A DNA stretch of 64,000 nucleotides from an uncultured Phycisphaerales bacterium (GCA_963758525.1 CAVWVQ010000003.1:3296001-3360000), one strand, 5' to 3'. Counted from the stretch's first letter, positions 18,319 to 28,822 are shown. Notes: generated from the sequence alone by a model not told the origin. Made by a program: numbers and translations.

Positions 18319-20697
18319 TCAGGTGGTCACAGTTTGAGCCACGGCGTTCGAGCTGCTGGTTGTGAACTGCGTATTTCCGCCATAAACGGCCGTGATTGAG
18401 TTGCTGCCGACCGGCAGCATCGTCGTAGTCAGCGTGGCGATGCCGCCGCTGAGCGCGGCGGATCCGATGGAATTTCCGCTGTCAAAAAACGTGACGATGC
18501 CAGTTGGTGTTCCGGCGCCGGGGCTGACTGCAGCGAGTGTGGCCGTGAAGCTCACGCTTTGGCCAGAGCCGATCGACGTGGAGGTATTCTTCGTCAGCTT
18601 GGTGGACGTCGCGGATTGAAGGACGGTCTGGGTCGTGCTTCCCGAAGCGCTCGTCGAAAAGTCGGCATTCCCGCCATACACAGCGGTGATCGACTGACTT
18701 CCAACCTGCAGCGCGGCGGTGGTGAAAATGGCGGTGCCGCCGCTGAGCGCGCCAGTTCCCAGCGTGGTCGCGCCATCCTTGAACGTTACGATTCCCGAGG
18801 CAGTGCCCGCGCCTGGGCTGACCGCAGCAACTGTTGCAGTGAACGTGACAGCTTGGCCGTAGTGAACAGCAGTGGAGACATTTTTAGTCAATTTGGTGTT
18901 CGTCGATGACTTGCCAACGGTCTGGCTTAAAGCGGCGGAAGTGCTCGCGGCGAAGTTCTGATCGCTGCCGTAGACCGCGCTGATCGAATGATTTGCGACC
19001 GGCAGCGCGCTTGTTGTGAAGGTGGCGACGCTGCTGCTCATTGTCGCAGTTCCGAGGATGGTCGAGCCGTCTTCGAAAGTCACGATGCCGGTGGGAGTGC
19101 CGGCGCCGGGGCTAAGGGCAGAGACGCTGGCGGTGAAGGTAATGCTCTGTCCGAACTTCGCCGCGGCGCTGGTGCTTTTGGTCAATTTCGTGGTTGTGGA
19201 AGATCGAGTCACCGTCTGCGTCACGGCGACCGACGTGCTGGAAGCGAAGTTGGCGTCGCCGCTATAAACGGCTTGCACCGAATTGCTCCCGGTCGGCAAC
19301 TTCGTGGTCGAAAGCAACGCAACGCCGGCGCTGAGCGTGGCGGTTCCGAGTGCCGTCGACCCATCCATGAAAGAAACGGTTCCGGTGGGCGTGCCCGAAC
19401 CCGGACTGACGATCACGGTGGCGGTGAAAGTCACGCTCTGACCGAACTTCACCGCGGTGGTTGTGTTCTTGCTGAGTTTGACCACCGGCGGCGCGATGCC
19501 GTATCCGCTGCCGGTCACCTCGAACACTCCGCCGTACCCGAGGCCGTAGGTGGTATGGCCGTTCAGGTCGCCGTACAGATTGCCGGAAGAATCGACCGCC
19601 AGGGATGCAGCTTGCGGATATGCTAAATTGTTCACATCAAATGCGCCCAGCGCCTTGATGGTTTGCGTGCCGGCGGGCACTTCATACACCGCTCCGTATC
19701 CTCCGGAGGCGCCGGTTGACGTCGTTCCAAAGATGTTTCCGTACTGATCGCGAATGATGCCGGTGACGGGGTTGGCCCCCGGGTCGCTGGTGCTGTCGAA
19801 AGATGCCAGCGTCGAGATCGTATGGGTGTTTGCGGCAATCTCGATGACCGCCCCGACGCCATTGACGCCCCCGCCTGAGGTTGTCCCGTACAGATTGCCG
19901 GCTGAGTCGACCGACAGCGCAGGGGCACCCACGCCATAGTCGAACGTGGAGAAGGCGTGGGCGCCGGCAGTGACTTCGAAGATCGAGCCCCTTGCGGTCG
20001 GACCTCCGCTGGCGGTCGTCCCGTAGATATTTCCCTGCGCGTCGGTCACCAGGACCGGGTTGGGATTCCGGGTGTCCTGGAACGTCACCACATCGGACAC
20101 GGAATGGTCGCTGGCGGCAACTTCGAACACGGTTCCGTAGCCGTAGCTGAAGAAGCTTCCAGCCACATAACCGTATCCTCCTTCTTCGGCGGTTCCATAG
20201 AGATTTCCCGCGGAATCGAAGACCAGATTGCCTTTGGGAAGCCACCCGTTGGTGCCGTTCAGCGAGGCGATAGTCGTCAGTTGATGGGTGGTGGCATCGA
20301 CCTCGAATACCGATCCATCGCCATAGATGCCTCCCCCTGCCGTTGTCCCGTAGAGGTTTCCCTTTGAGTCAGCGACGAGAGTTCCTTCGGGGGACGAACC
20401 GCTCAGCGGATCGAAGGTGCCCGGCGTGGACAACTGGCGCGTGGTTGCCGCAACTTCGAAGACCGTGCCCGAGTTGGTATTCATATTGCCGGAGGTGGTC
20501 CCAAAAAGGTCCCCGGCCGAGTCGATGTACAGGCCGGCGTCGGGGAACGCGTTGCTGGAGCCGTCAAATGTCACGAGGGTGCTCAGGGTCGCAGTGAGAA
20601 GCCGGCGGCTTTCAAGCCGCTCTGCACGCGCCGGCCGGCCGGATGGAGTTTTTCTACCGGCACCCAGAACCCCGCGAGTTCGAAATGATCGCATCAT
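18319..20697 (-). CDS. Secreted protein: LEPRxLL-type motif, GloVer-like tandem repeats, four Ig-like (Big_3_5-like) domains
   Basis: ERLESRRLL; repeats DSxGNLYGTTxxGG...GxVFE; four GQSVTFTATV...PTGxVTFxDG...YxG domains. Confidence 0.88.
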   Translation of the reverse strand: MMRSFRTRGVLGAGRKTPSGRPARAERLESRRLLTATLSTLVTFDGSSNAFPDAGLYIDSAGDLFGTTSGNMNTNSGTVFEVAATTRQLSTPGTFDPLSGSSPEGTLVADSKGNLYGTTAGGGIYGDGSVFEVDATTHQLTTIASLNGTNGWLPKGNLVFDSAGNLYGTAEEGGYGYVAGSFFSYGYGTVFEVAASDHSVSDVVTFQDTRNPNPVLVTDAQGNIYGTTASGGPTARGSIFEVTAGAHAFSTFDYGVGAPALSVDSAGNLYGTTSGGGVNGVGAVIEIAANTHTISTLASFDSTSDPGANPVTGIIRDQYGNIFGTTSTGASGGYGAVYEVPAGTQTIKALGAFDVNNLAYPQAASLAVDSSGNLYGDLNGHTTYGLGYGGVFEVTGSGYGIAPPVVKLSKNTTTAVKFGQSVTFTATVIVSPGSGTPTGTVSFMDGSTALGTATLSAGVALLSTTKLPTGSNSVQAVYSGDANFASSTSVAVTQTVTRSSTTTKLTKSTSAAAKFGQSITFTASVSALSPGAGTPTGIVTFEDGSTILGTATMSSSVATFTTSALPVANHSISAVYGSDQNFAASTSAALSQTVGKSSTNTKLTKNVSTAVHYGQAVTFTATVAAVSPGAGTASGIVTFKDGATTLGTGALSGGTAIFTTAALQVGSQSITAVYGGNADFSTSASGSTTQTVLQSATSTKLTKNTSTSIGSGQSVSFTATLAAVSPGAGTPTGIVTFFDSGNSIGSAALSGGIATLTTTMLPVGSNSITAVYGGNTQFTTSSSNAVAQTVTT

Positions 20698-20949
20698 GCA
20701 CCTTGGTCTGAATTGAAGCCCAGCGCATCACCCCGATTGGATGTGCAATGACTTCTGAAGATCGGGATCAAACAATGGCGGCAGCATAGCACGCCGTCGC
20801 GGGATGCGGCAAGCAGCCTGCGATTTCTCGATTTCTCCGCATCCGACAGGATAACAAACGGCTTTGCATTCATCGCGCGGTGACGGTCGGCAGCGACACC
20901 GTTGATCTCATGCAGCCTCAAACCGCCAGACTCGATCGGGAAGCTCGCC

Positions 20950-21092
20950 GGGTGTAACTTTTATTTGTGGCGATTGCAGATTTTGCGATCGTAGGGCGGG
21001 ATTCATCCCGCCGTTTTCTCAGCCGGCCAACAAATCGGCGGGATGAATCCCGCCCTACTCGGAGCCGATCGCCACTTTCGAGCGCCACACCC
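20950..21092. mobile_element. 143-bp MITE, copy 1, with internal GTAG-REP doublet
   Basis: GGGTGT...ACACCC ends; 8-bp flanking duplication AGCTCGCC (20942-20949, 21093-21100); identical to 60057-60199. Confidence 0.9.
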
Positions 21093-21154
21093 AGCTCGCC
21101 AGTCGTTCGCGTTGCACTCTTGCCCCCGCACATCCTGCCCGATACGTTCCTTTC

Positions 21155-21851
21155 ATGCCTCAATGGCCCGCCACAGTCCTCTTTGATTTCGACGGCGTTC
21201 TCGTCAACAGCGAGCCGCTGCATTTCCAGGCGTTTGCCGAGGTGCTCAAGGCTGAGGGGATCGAACTGGGCGAGGAAGAATACTATCGGGAGCTGATTGG
21301 TTTCGACGACAAGGGAGCGTTCAGGCATCTCTACGAAAAACGCGGGATTCCGCTTTCGCCCAAGACGTTTCTGGCGCTGATGACGCATAAGAGCGAAGCG
21401 ATGATGGACCTGATTTATCGTCGGCAATTTTCAGCTCTCCCCGGTGTCGAGGAGTTTGTCCGCGGATTATGGCGCCGCCATCCCCTGGCGATCTGCTCGG
21501 GGGCGCTGCGATGAAATCGAGGCGATGCTGGAAGGGATCAGCCTGCGCGATTGCTTCTCGGTCATCGTCGCGGCGGAGGACGTCACCGTCGGCAAGCCCG
21601 ATCCGCAGGGATATCTCATGTCGGCCCGGCTGATGTCGGAGAAGATGAACCGGTCGCTCAAGCCTGCGGATTGCCTGGTTGTCGAAGATGCGCCGACGGT
21701 GATCCGCTCCGTGCGCGCGGCCGGGTTTCCAGTCCTGGCAGTGGCGAACAGTTATCCTTTGGAGAAGCTGACCGATGCCAACTGGGCGACGCCCACCCTG
21801 AAGATCGCGGATGTGCACCGGGCGATGCCAAGCTTGAAAATCGGCCCGTGA
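21155..21851 (+). CDS. HAD family phosphatase, frameshift near 21510
   Basis: FDFDGVL motif I; ICSG then shifted frame GKPDP and VVEDA; promoter TTGCCC-N17-TACGTT at 21120-21148. Confidence 0.88.
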
Positions 21852-21857
21852 GGTTCG

Positions 21858-22175
21858 ATGAAGTTCGGACGCCTCTTCCTCTCTCTGTTTCTCGTTGCAT
21901 CACTCTGGCACGCTGCGCTGGGGGCCGCGGCAAACCACTCATTCACTGCCCAGACCGTCCCGGCTTCGACAACGCCGGCCGATACGACCGATGCAGCGGA
22001 GATGATCCCGCGGCCAAGTCACTGGCCGGCGGTGGTCTTGAGCGCGTCCCTTGGTCTGTTTGTGATGGCTGCGATCATCGGACCGGTCGTCGCGGCGCAG
22101 GCTCGCGACAAAGACGCGCTCGTCGGGTCCAAGGGCGATCATCCGCCGCGAGCGGGCAGAACAAAAGCAAGGTGA
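21858..22175 (+). CDS. Small protein with signal peptide and one TM helix
   Basis: Hydrophobic N-terminus and WPAVVL...IIGPVV helix; GAGG RBS. Confidence 0.6.
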   Translation: MKFGRLFLSLFLVASLWHAALGAAANHSFTAQTVPASTTPADTTDAAEMIPRPSHWPAVVLSASLGLFVMAAIIGPVVAAQARDKDALVGSKGDHPPRAGRTKAR

Positions 22176-22238
22176 TCGCGCCCGCGCAAAAGCAGCCGAT
22201 TCAGCAAGCGGAGATTCCGCTCGGGTCGGCGTTACCAA

Positions 22239-22916
22239 TCAGGTTCCAGTCGCGGTAGCAGGTCCGGGCATCGGCGCAGGTGAACTGACCGCCGGACGGG
22301 CCGCTGCAGGCGCAACCGGTCGCGGCGCGGCTGGCACTGCCGCGCGGGCGGGGATATTCATGCTGCTGCCGGTCTTGGGCTCGGGCGGGCGGGCGGTCGC
22401 CGGGTTTTTGTGGTCGGGCTGAAGGACCAGCGTCATTCGCTTCCCTTCCATCTTCGCGTCGCGCTCGACTTTGCTCACGAGAAACAATTCCGATTTGATC
22501 TTCGTGAACAGATTGCGTCCCAGATCCAGGTGCGCCATTCGCGCCCCTTGAAGCGCAGCGTGAACTGAACTTTGTTGCCTTCCTTGAGGAACTCGCGGGC
22601 GTGGTTGATCTTGATGAGCAGATCATGCTCGCCGATGCGGATGGTGTCGATGTTGAGCATCTTGAGCCGGCCCGCGCGAGCTGGCTCGCGACTTGTCTTC
22701 CTTCTTTTGCTGCTGGTATCGCCATTTGCCGTAATCCATGATTCGGCAGACGGGTGGGCGGGCGGTGGGAGCAACTTCAACCAGGTCGAGCCCGGCCTCG
22801 CGGGCCATGCGCAGCGCATCGGCAGTGGACACGACGCCAACCTGCTCTTCTTTATCGTTGATGAGCCGAACCGGAGAAATGCGGATCTGTTCGTTGTGAC
22901 GGAAATTCGTAGAAAT
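22239..22916 (-). CDS. infC: Translation initiation factor IF-3 (ATT start; frameshifts near 22680 and 22540)
   Basis: [55 protein letters not shown] in three frames; AGGAG then ATT at 22916-22914. Confidence 0.93.
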
Positions 22917-23159
22917 GGCCTGACACTCCTGAAAAAACTTCGGACTGCGCGCCGATCATCCGGTCACACCGGGGTGGATCGCACGGGTGAAGTACCCAAT
23001 CGCAAACGCGCCTCAGTCCTGAAAAGCCCGGCGCCCGCGAGTATCTGCCGAATGCGGAAGGTCTGCCACCAACAACATCGGACAGATCGGACCGTCTGCA
23101 TTCATCAGAACGGCTCCCGAAAGACGACGCCGTCCCTGCGCTGCAAATCGGCACGTCTC

Positions 23160-23188
23160 ATAATGGTAAGCGAAATCCGCTTTGGCAA
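23160..23188 (-). promoter_or_regulatory. Putative infC promoter
   Basis: TTGCCA-N17-CATTAT on the minus strand. Confidence 0.55.
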
Positions 23189-23300
23189 GGGGGAAAAGTT
23201 CGATTCCCAGCTATTTGGTCCGCACAGCGCGGAATTGCCCTAATCCGCTGATCCAACGGATTTTTCGCATTTCCAATACCCAGCGTATCTTCCGTCTAAT

Positions 23301-24135
23301 CTAATCCTTCGGAGATGCGGAGGTGTCGGCGCTGCTGGTGGCCGTGTCGGCGTCGCTGCGGAACGGGTTCTGGAGGTGAATCTTCGTCACATCAACCATC
23401 GGAATCGGCCCCTCGGGAATGATCGGCTTGGCCAGATCGCTCTCCGGCTTGAGCCCCGGTCCGGGAACCACGCCAATCTCACGCAGCGCCGCGTTGATCT
23501 CGTCATCCTTGTCATTCAGAGCGTACGCGTGACGCAACTCCGGATCGGCGTTCTGCACGTCCTTGAGCTTCATCAAATACAGGCTGTACTCCTTGGCGAT
23601 GTCAAAGTCCTTGCGATCGAGCAGGGCGGCCTGGCGGTATGCCTGAACGGCGGCGTCGGCGTCCCCAAGATGGCGATCGACTTTGGCGAGGAGGAAATAT
23701 TTCTCAGAAGTATCCTGGCCCTGCGCCACTGCCTGGGTCTCCGCCTGCGGATCGCCAGTGGCGGCCAGTGACTCCGCAAGCCCGTTGAGCGCCTTGAGCC
23801 GGAATGGTCGATCCATCGTTCCTTCCAGCGAACTGGGCATGATCGCCAGGCAGGTTTGGAATTGCTGAATGGCCTGGTGGTATTCCTTGTTTTGCGCGTA
23901 ACAGGCACCGAGGTAATAGTGCGAGCGATAATCGGCGGGATTCTGGCGAATCGCATTCCGGAACGCCCCGGCTGCGTCCGTGTAGTTCTGCTGATCGTAC
24001 AGTTCCATCCCCTTGTGCGCGCGACTCCTTCGCGTAGGTAATGACGTCCGAGCAACCGCCCAAGGCAATCATTGCGCCGATAGCCAACGAACCAACCGCA
24101 ACAATTCGAAACGAGAAAGAAGTGAACGTCTTCAC
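23301..24135 (-). CDS. TPR-repeat lipoprotein, frameshift near 24010
   Basis: Lipobox ALGGC in one frame; TPR helices (AAGAFRNAIRQNP..HYYLG) in the next; junction in a G run. Confidence 0.82.
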
Positions 24136-24259
24136 GGCTACCTCCCTGTAGCTAGGGTTTCCATTGCTCGCGTCGCGCGACGCAAAAAATGCCTGAACAA
24201 AAGTAGGTTAACGTTGGTCGCGGATTTTGCAAGGGGGGCTTGGGAAAGAAGGCACGGAG

Positions 24260-25757
24260 GGGTGTGACCATTTTTTTGGGAGGTCATGCGGCCTTTCGAG
24301 ATTCCCGCTCCCAGTAAAGGTCCCATTGGCCGCTTTCTCGCAGGGCCAGCAGGTTCATCATCGCTGCGGCGTTGTCACGGTCCCACTTCATGCCCGGCCG
24401 CTTGATCCGCAATGTCAGCGTTTTGCACGTCGCTTCGGTGGGACCTGATCCGATGTCCCATCCTTCACCCAGCGCCCGTCCATAGTTGAGCATCTCGCGA
24501 CGTTCCTCAATGTAATTCTGCAGACCACGCAGGCTTTGCTTCTTTGCCGGTGAACGAACTTTCTTCTCCAGGGCCGTGATTGCTTCCAGCATGGCGGGGA
24601 TGGCGGATTGCTTGGCCTCGGTCAGTCGATCATGGGCCCAGTCGCGGGCGGCTTCTCCTTCGCCCAGGCAAAGCCGCGCGGTGGCATGCACATGCTCGGC
24701 CAAGTGGTAAAAGTCGAGAAGGATCGCCTGCAAACAGAGCAACGCCAGGCAGACCTGCCGGTATATCCAGACCGCTCCGTCGAAGAGGCAGATGGTCTGG
24801 TCCGCCCGTTCAAAACCGATCTGCTTGGAATAGCTTGTCAGCAGCGGGGCAAAATCCTTGCTGAGCTTCTCAGTGGCAAACGCGTGGCGGTGGGTCTTGT
24901 CCTGATCGTAGAAGATGCCGATTTTCATCTCTTTGAAGCCCTCGTCAGTGCCAGGTTTTGCCGGCGGCAATGGCTTGGTGTTGTCCACCCCCGCCTTGCC
25001 CCTTTGCTGGCGGCGAGTGATGTGCTGCTGACGGCGCTTGTCCTTCTCCGCCTGCGTGACCGTTGGAGCCATCACCCCGTCGACGCCTCCGTAAATTCGG
25101 CTGCGCCCATCGGGCAGTTTCGCATCATCCGCCGACCACGCCGCGGGCAACTTGCTCTCGTCGCGAGCCTTGCGCACCTCTTTGCCTTCCGCTTCGGTGA
25201 TCTGACGCAGCCGCTCGCGGCTTACTGACAATCCAACGACTCGTACCAGGTCCCGGCATGATTGCTCAAAATCCTGCCCGATGGCCAGCAAACAGCACAG
25301 CTCTCGGGCACCCGGTGTCACATTGGACTTCTCAACACCCACCAACGCATCAGCCGGATACGTTCCGCCCGCTTCACCGCTCCAAAAATATTTGCGCTGC
25401 AGCCGCACTTCACCCCCGGCGGTGAGCACGTCCAGCCCGTGAGTTCCCTTGTTCTGCGCCTTGGCATGGCCCGGAGGGGGAAAAAGCCGCCGGTTTGGCG
25501 GCATCCAACTTCGCCTGCAAAATTCGCTCAAACGCCTGGGCAGTGAGCTTCTGAAAGACTTCGCGCACTTCCCATTCGCTTGCCGCGATCCACGCCCCGT
25601 CCGGAGCGCGCTGCACGGCGTCCATTGCCTGATCAAGAGATTGGTGGGATTGGTCCGTCAGTTCGCGCTTCAGCGCTTCGCGGTCCATAGCGGCCTCCAT
25701 GCCAAAAAGGGCGGAGCCAATGGAATTGTACCCTCTCCCAAAAAAATGGTCACACCC
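24260..25757 (-). mobile_element. Complete ISKra4-like insertion sequence, 1498 bp
   Basis: 23-bp perfect terminal IR GGGTGTGACCATTTTTTTGGGAG; 9-bp duplication GGCACGGAG (24251-24259, 25758-25766). Confidence 0.92.
24284..25688 (-). CDS. ISKra4/UPF0236-type DDE transposase in two frames joined at a T5C5 site
   Basis: ORF A MDREALK...AAFSP (GGAGG RBS); ORF B with VDGV, DGAVWI, LDFYHLAEH, IGSGPTEATCK, RIKRPGMKW. Confidence 0.88.
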
Positions 25758-25947
25758 GGCACGGAGGCACGAACGGAAGGGAAAAGGCACGTAGGGACGT
25801 AGGCACGTAGGCACGAAGGCACGAAGGGATCGACGCGGCTGAGGCCGCGAGCAAATGAGTTTTTGAAAACAGATGCCGCGCAGCGTCATCCCCTTCGTGC
25901 CTCCGTGCCTTCGTGCCTTTTCCCGTCCCTTCCCTTCCCTCCGTGCA
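25758..25947. repeat. Octamer tandem repeats (GGCACGNA) in inverted arrangement; target site of the IS
   Basis: GGCACGTAGGCACGAAGGCACGAAGGGAT vs ATCCCTTCGTGCCTCCGTGCCTTCGTGCC. Confidence 0.75.
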
Positions 25948-25987
25948 TATTGCTGTCTCCTCCCGACATTCATATGATCCGTCCCGC

Positions 25988-26809
25988 ATGCCGCTCGGAA
26001 TTGTGGAAAAAGTTGGGTTTCAGGTCACCCTCAGGCTGGCGCAGCTGGGGAACTTCTTCAACTTCGTGTGGCGCACCTTCGTCTGGCTCGGCATGACGGC
26101 GTTCCGCGTCAAGACGTTGCGGCTGCTGCTGCCGCAGGCGTTTGAAGTGGGAGTGAAATCGGTGCCGGTCGTCGGGATCACCGGCGCGTTCATCGGGATG
26201 GTGATGGCGGTTCAAATGGTGACGCAGTTCAAGGCGATCGGTCAGGAAAGCCGCATGGGAGTGCTGATCAACCTCTCGGTGGTGAAGCAGATCGGGCCGG
26301 TCATGGCGGCGGTGATGCTTGCGGGGCGCGTCGGCGGGGCGTTGACCGCCGAACTGGGAACGATGCACGTGACCGAGCAGCTCGACGCGTTGCGGGTGAT
26401 GGGCTCCGACCCGATCGCGTATCTGGTCGTCCCGCGGTTTATCGCCTGCGTGTTGCTCACGCCCATCCTCACGATGTACAGCGATTTCATGGGCGTCATT
26501 GGAGGATGGTTCATCTCCACGTACTTCGAGGGCATCGCCAACGATGCCTACTGGCATTTCTCTGCCATGGGCGTCGGGCACTGGCAGATCCTGGAAGGGA
26601 TCGTGGTCAGCATATTCTTTGGCGCCGTGATCGGACTGGTCAGTTGCTACAAAGGATTCCACAGCGGCTCGGGCGCCAGCGGCGTCGGACGCGCCTGCAC
26701 GGAGAGCTTTGTCGCAAGCTTCATCGTCATCATGGTCATCAACTTCATCTTCGCGCAGATTTCACAGTCAATGTATTATCGGATCTATGGGGTGAAGGGC
26801 ATCTTTTGA
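25988..26809 (+). CDS. mlaE: MlaE family ABC permease
   Basis: GPVMAAVMLAGRVGGALTAELGTM..TEQLDAL, LVVPR, GASGVG. Confidence 0.93.
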   Translation: MPLGIVEKVGFQVTLRLAQLGNFFNFVWRTFVWLGMTAFRVKTLRLLLPQAFEVGVKSVPVVGITGAFIGMVMAVQMVTQFKAIGQESRMGVLINLSVVKQIGPVMAAVMLAGRVGGALTAELGTMHVTEQLDALRVMGSDPIAYLVVPRFIACVLLTPILTMYSDFMGVIGGWFISTYFEGIANDAYWHFSAMGVGHWQILEGIVVSIFFGAVIGLVSCYKGFHSGSGASGVGRACTESFVASFIVIMVINFIFAQISQSMYYRIYGVKGIF

Positions 26810-26879
26810 GATGAACTGGCGCGACCGCACGCTTTGCTGAAGGTTTGTTGGTTTTTTCCCCACTCTCACCGCACCCATT

Positions 26880-27644
26880 ATGGCGCTGATCGAACTCCGC
26901 AGCATCGTCAAGCGATTCGGGCGGCAGCTCGTGCTGAACCATCTTGACCTGACCGTCGAGGAAGGGGAGTGCCTGGTCATTCTCGGCGCCAGCGGAAGCG
27001 GCAAGAGCGTCATCCTCAAGCATATCGTCGGCCTGCTGGAACCCGACGAGGGGGAAGTCTGGTTTGACGGCAAACGCACCGATCTGCTCAGCGAGCGGGA
27101 TTGGGTGCCGGTCCGCACTCAGTTTGGATTTCTGTTCCAGATGGGGGCGCTGTTCGATTCGATGACGGTCGAGGAGAACGTCGCATTCCCGATGGTGGAG
27201 CATTCCAAAATGTCGCCGGCGGAGATCGACGCGCGAGTGGGGCAATGGCTCGGACTGGTAGGCCTTCCGGAGGTGCGGAAGAAGATGCCAGGCGAACTTT
27301 CCGGCGGGCAGCGCAAGCGCGTGGGGCTGGCGCGGGCCATCGCGCTGGAGCCGCGCGTGATTCTGTATGACGAGCCGACGACCGGCCTCGATCCGATTCG
27401 TTCTGACGTCATCAACGAGCTGATTGTGAAAATGCAGCGGGAGCTGAAGGTGACCAGCATCGTCGTGACGCACGACATGCACAGCGCATTCAAGGTCGCC
27501 ACGCGCCTGGTGATGCTCTCGGAGGGGAAGCTGATCTTCAACGGCAGCGCGGAGGAAATTCAGCACACCAGCAATCCGGTCGTTCGGCGGTTCGTGATCG
27601 GCGAGGCTGACGAGAAAGAGCTGGCGACCATCAAGAGTCTGTGA
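26880..27644 (+). CDS. mlaF: MlaF family ABC ATPase
   Basis: GASGSGKS, FQMGALFDSMTV, LSGGQRKRVGLARA, YDEPTTGLDP. Confidence 0.93.
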   Translation: MALIELRSIVKRFGRQLVLNHLDLTVEEGECLVILGASGSGKSVILKHIVGLLEPDEGEVWFDGKRTDLLSERDWVPVRTQFGFLFQMGALFDSMTVEENVAFPMVEHSKMSPAEIDARVGQWLGLVGLPEVRKKMPGELSGGQRKRVGLARAIALEPRVILYDEPTTGLDPIRSDVINELIVKMQRELKVTSIVVTHDMHSAFKVATRLVMLSEGKLIFNGSAEEIQHTSNPVVRRFVIGEADEKELATIKSL

Positions 27645-27781
27645 GCGGCTTGCAACGCGCGCGACGCCCGCGAGAATCCGTTTGAATCACTTGCGCGAGC
27701 AGGCGCTCGCGCGAATCAAAGGCTGCCCACGGGGCAGATGCCAGACGCTCTTCGGAGGCGCGTGCTCGCGCAAGGTCATTT

Positions 27782-28771
27782 ATGTCTCCCCAACGCAGAA
27801 ACGTGATTGTCGGCGTGGTGGTGCTCGGCGGACTGGGCCTGCTGGTGTGGATGCTGCTGACGTTCGCCGGCGGCGCCGCGTCGATCTTCACCAAATCCGG
27901 ACTGACCGTCGCGCTGACGGCCGAGCGTGCCGATGGTCTCTCACCCGGGTCGATCGTGTACTACCGCGGCGTGGAGGTCGGGCGCGTGATGTACGTTCGG
28001 CTGCTGCCGGACAACGTGCATGTCGAGATCGGATTGGACGTGTTCAGCAATCCGCCGCTCCCGCGCAATCTGGTGGGGCTGATCCGAACCAACAGCGCCC
28101 TGGGTTCTGCCGCCGCGGTCACGCTCGAGCCCCAGGGGCCGCCCGACAAGACTCCGTTGCAATCAGGCGCGCAGCTGGTGGCGACGTACGTCGGGCTGGA
28201 GTTGTTTCCGCCGGAAATCACGCAGCTCGCCGGGCAGTTTCGCCAGCAGCAACTCGTGCTGCACCTCGACCAGACCGTGATGAGCATTCGCGAGCAGGCG
28301 GAGAAAGTCGGCGCGGTTCTCGACTCGGTGCAGAAGATCGTTTCCGACCCGAAGATTCAGGAACAGGTCCACGAGGCGATTGCCAACATCCACAATGCCA
28401 GCGAATCAGTCTCGCGCATCGGCGCGAAGTTTGAGAAGCTCACCGACAAGGTCGATACCGTCGTCGATAACGCCAACGGGACCATGACCGATTTGCGGGC
28501 AACCGTCGTCCATGCCAACGGTCATGTCGACGATCTTTCCCGCCAGATCGGCGACGACACCGAAAAGCTCGGCAAGGTGTTGGATCAGTTTCAAACAGCG
28601 GCGGCCACGCTCAACCAGGGGAAGGGAACCGCCGGCCTGCTGGTGAACGATCCGAAGCTGTACAACAGCCTCGTTGACACGGTGAAGACGCTCAACGCCA
28701 CTGTTTTGGATCTCAAGCGTGTCATCGATCAATGGGAACAGGAAGGCGTTTCACTGAAGATGGGGAAGTAG
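27782..28771 (+). CDS. mlaD: MlaD/MCE family protein
   Basis: N-terminal TM, GLSPGSIVYYRGVEVGRV, coiled coil, GTAGLLVNDPKLY. Confidence 0.9.
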   Translation: MSPQRRNVIVGVVVLGGLGLLVWMLLTFAGGAASIFTKSGLTVALTAERADGLSPGSIVYYRGVEVGRVMYVRLLPDNVHVEIGLDVFSNPPLPRNLVGLIRTNSALGSAAAVTLEPQGPPDKTPLQSGAQLVATYVGLELFPPEITQLAGQFRQQQLVLHLDQTVMSIREQAEKVGAVLDSVQKIVSDPKIQEQVHEAIANIHNASESVSRIGAKFEKLTDKVDTVVDNANGTMTDLRATVVHANGHVDDLSRQIGDDTEKLGKVLDQFQTAAATLNQGKGTAGLLVNDPKLYNSLVDTVKTLNATVLDLKRVIDQWEQEGVSLKMGK

Positions 28772-28822
28772 GGCGGCTCGTCTGGTTCGTCTCCCTCCCG
28801 CGCACATCGGATTCGCGAAAGC

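Noticed and set aside
20918..21427. ORFs spanning the MITE (also 60074-60316)
   Set aside because: Translations of the repeat itself (VGRDSSRR...RRDESRPT); no coding evidence
22239..22916. infC (and pheT) as pseudogenes or programmed frameshifts
   Set aside because: Essential genes, no recognisable slippery signal, and many similar indels window-wide; sequencing error is more parsimonious
25758..25947. CRISPR-like array (also 16462-16600, 52762-52828)
   Set aside because: 7-9 bp degenerate units without unique spacers, and no cas genes in the window
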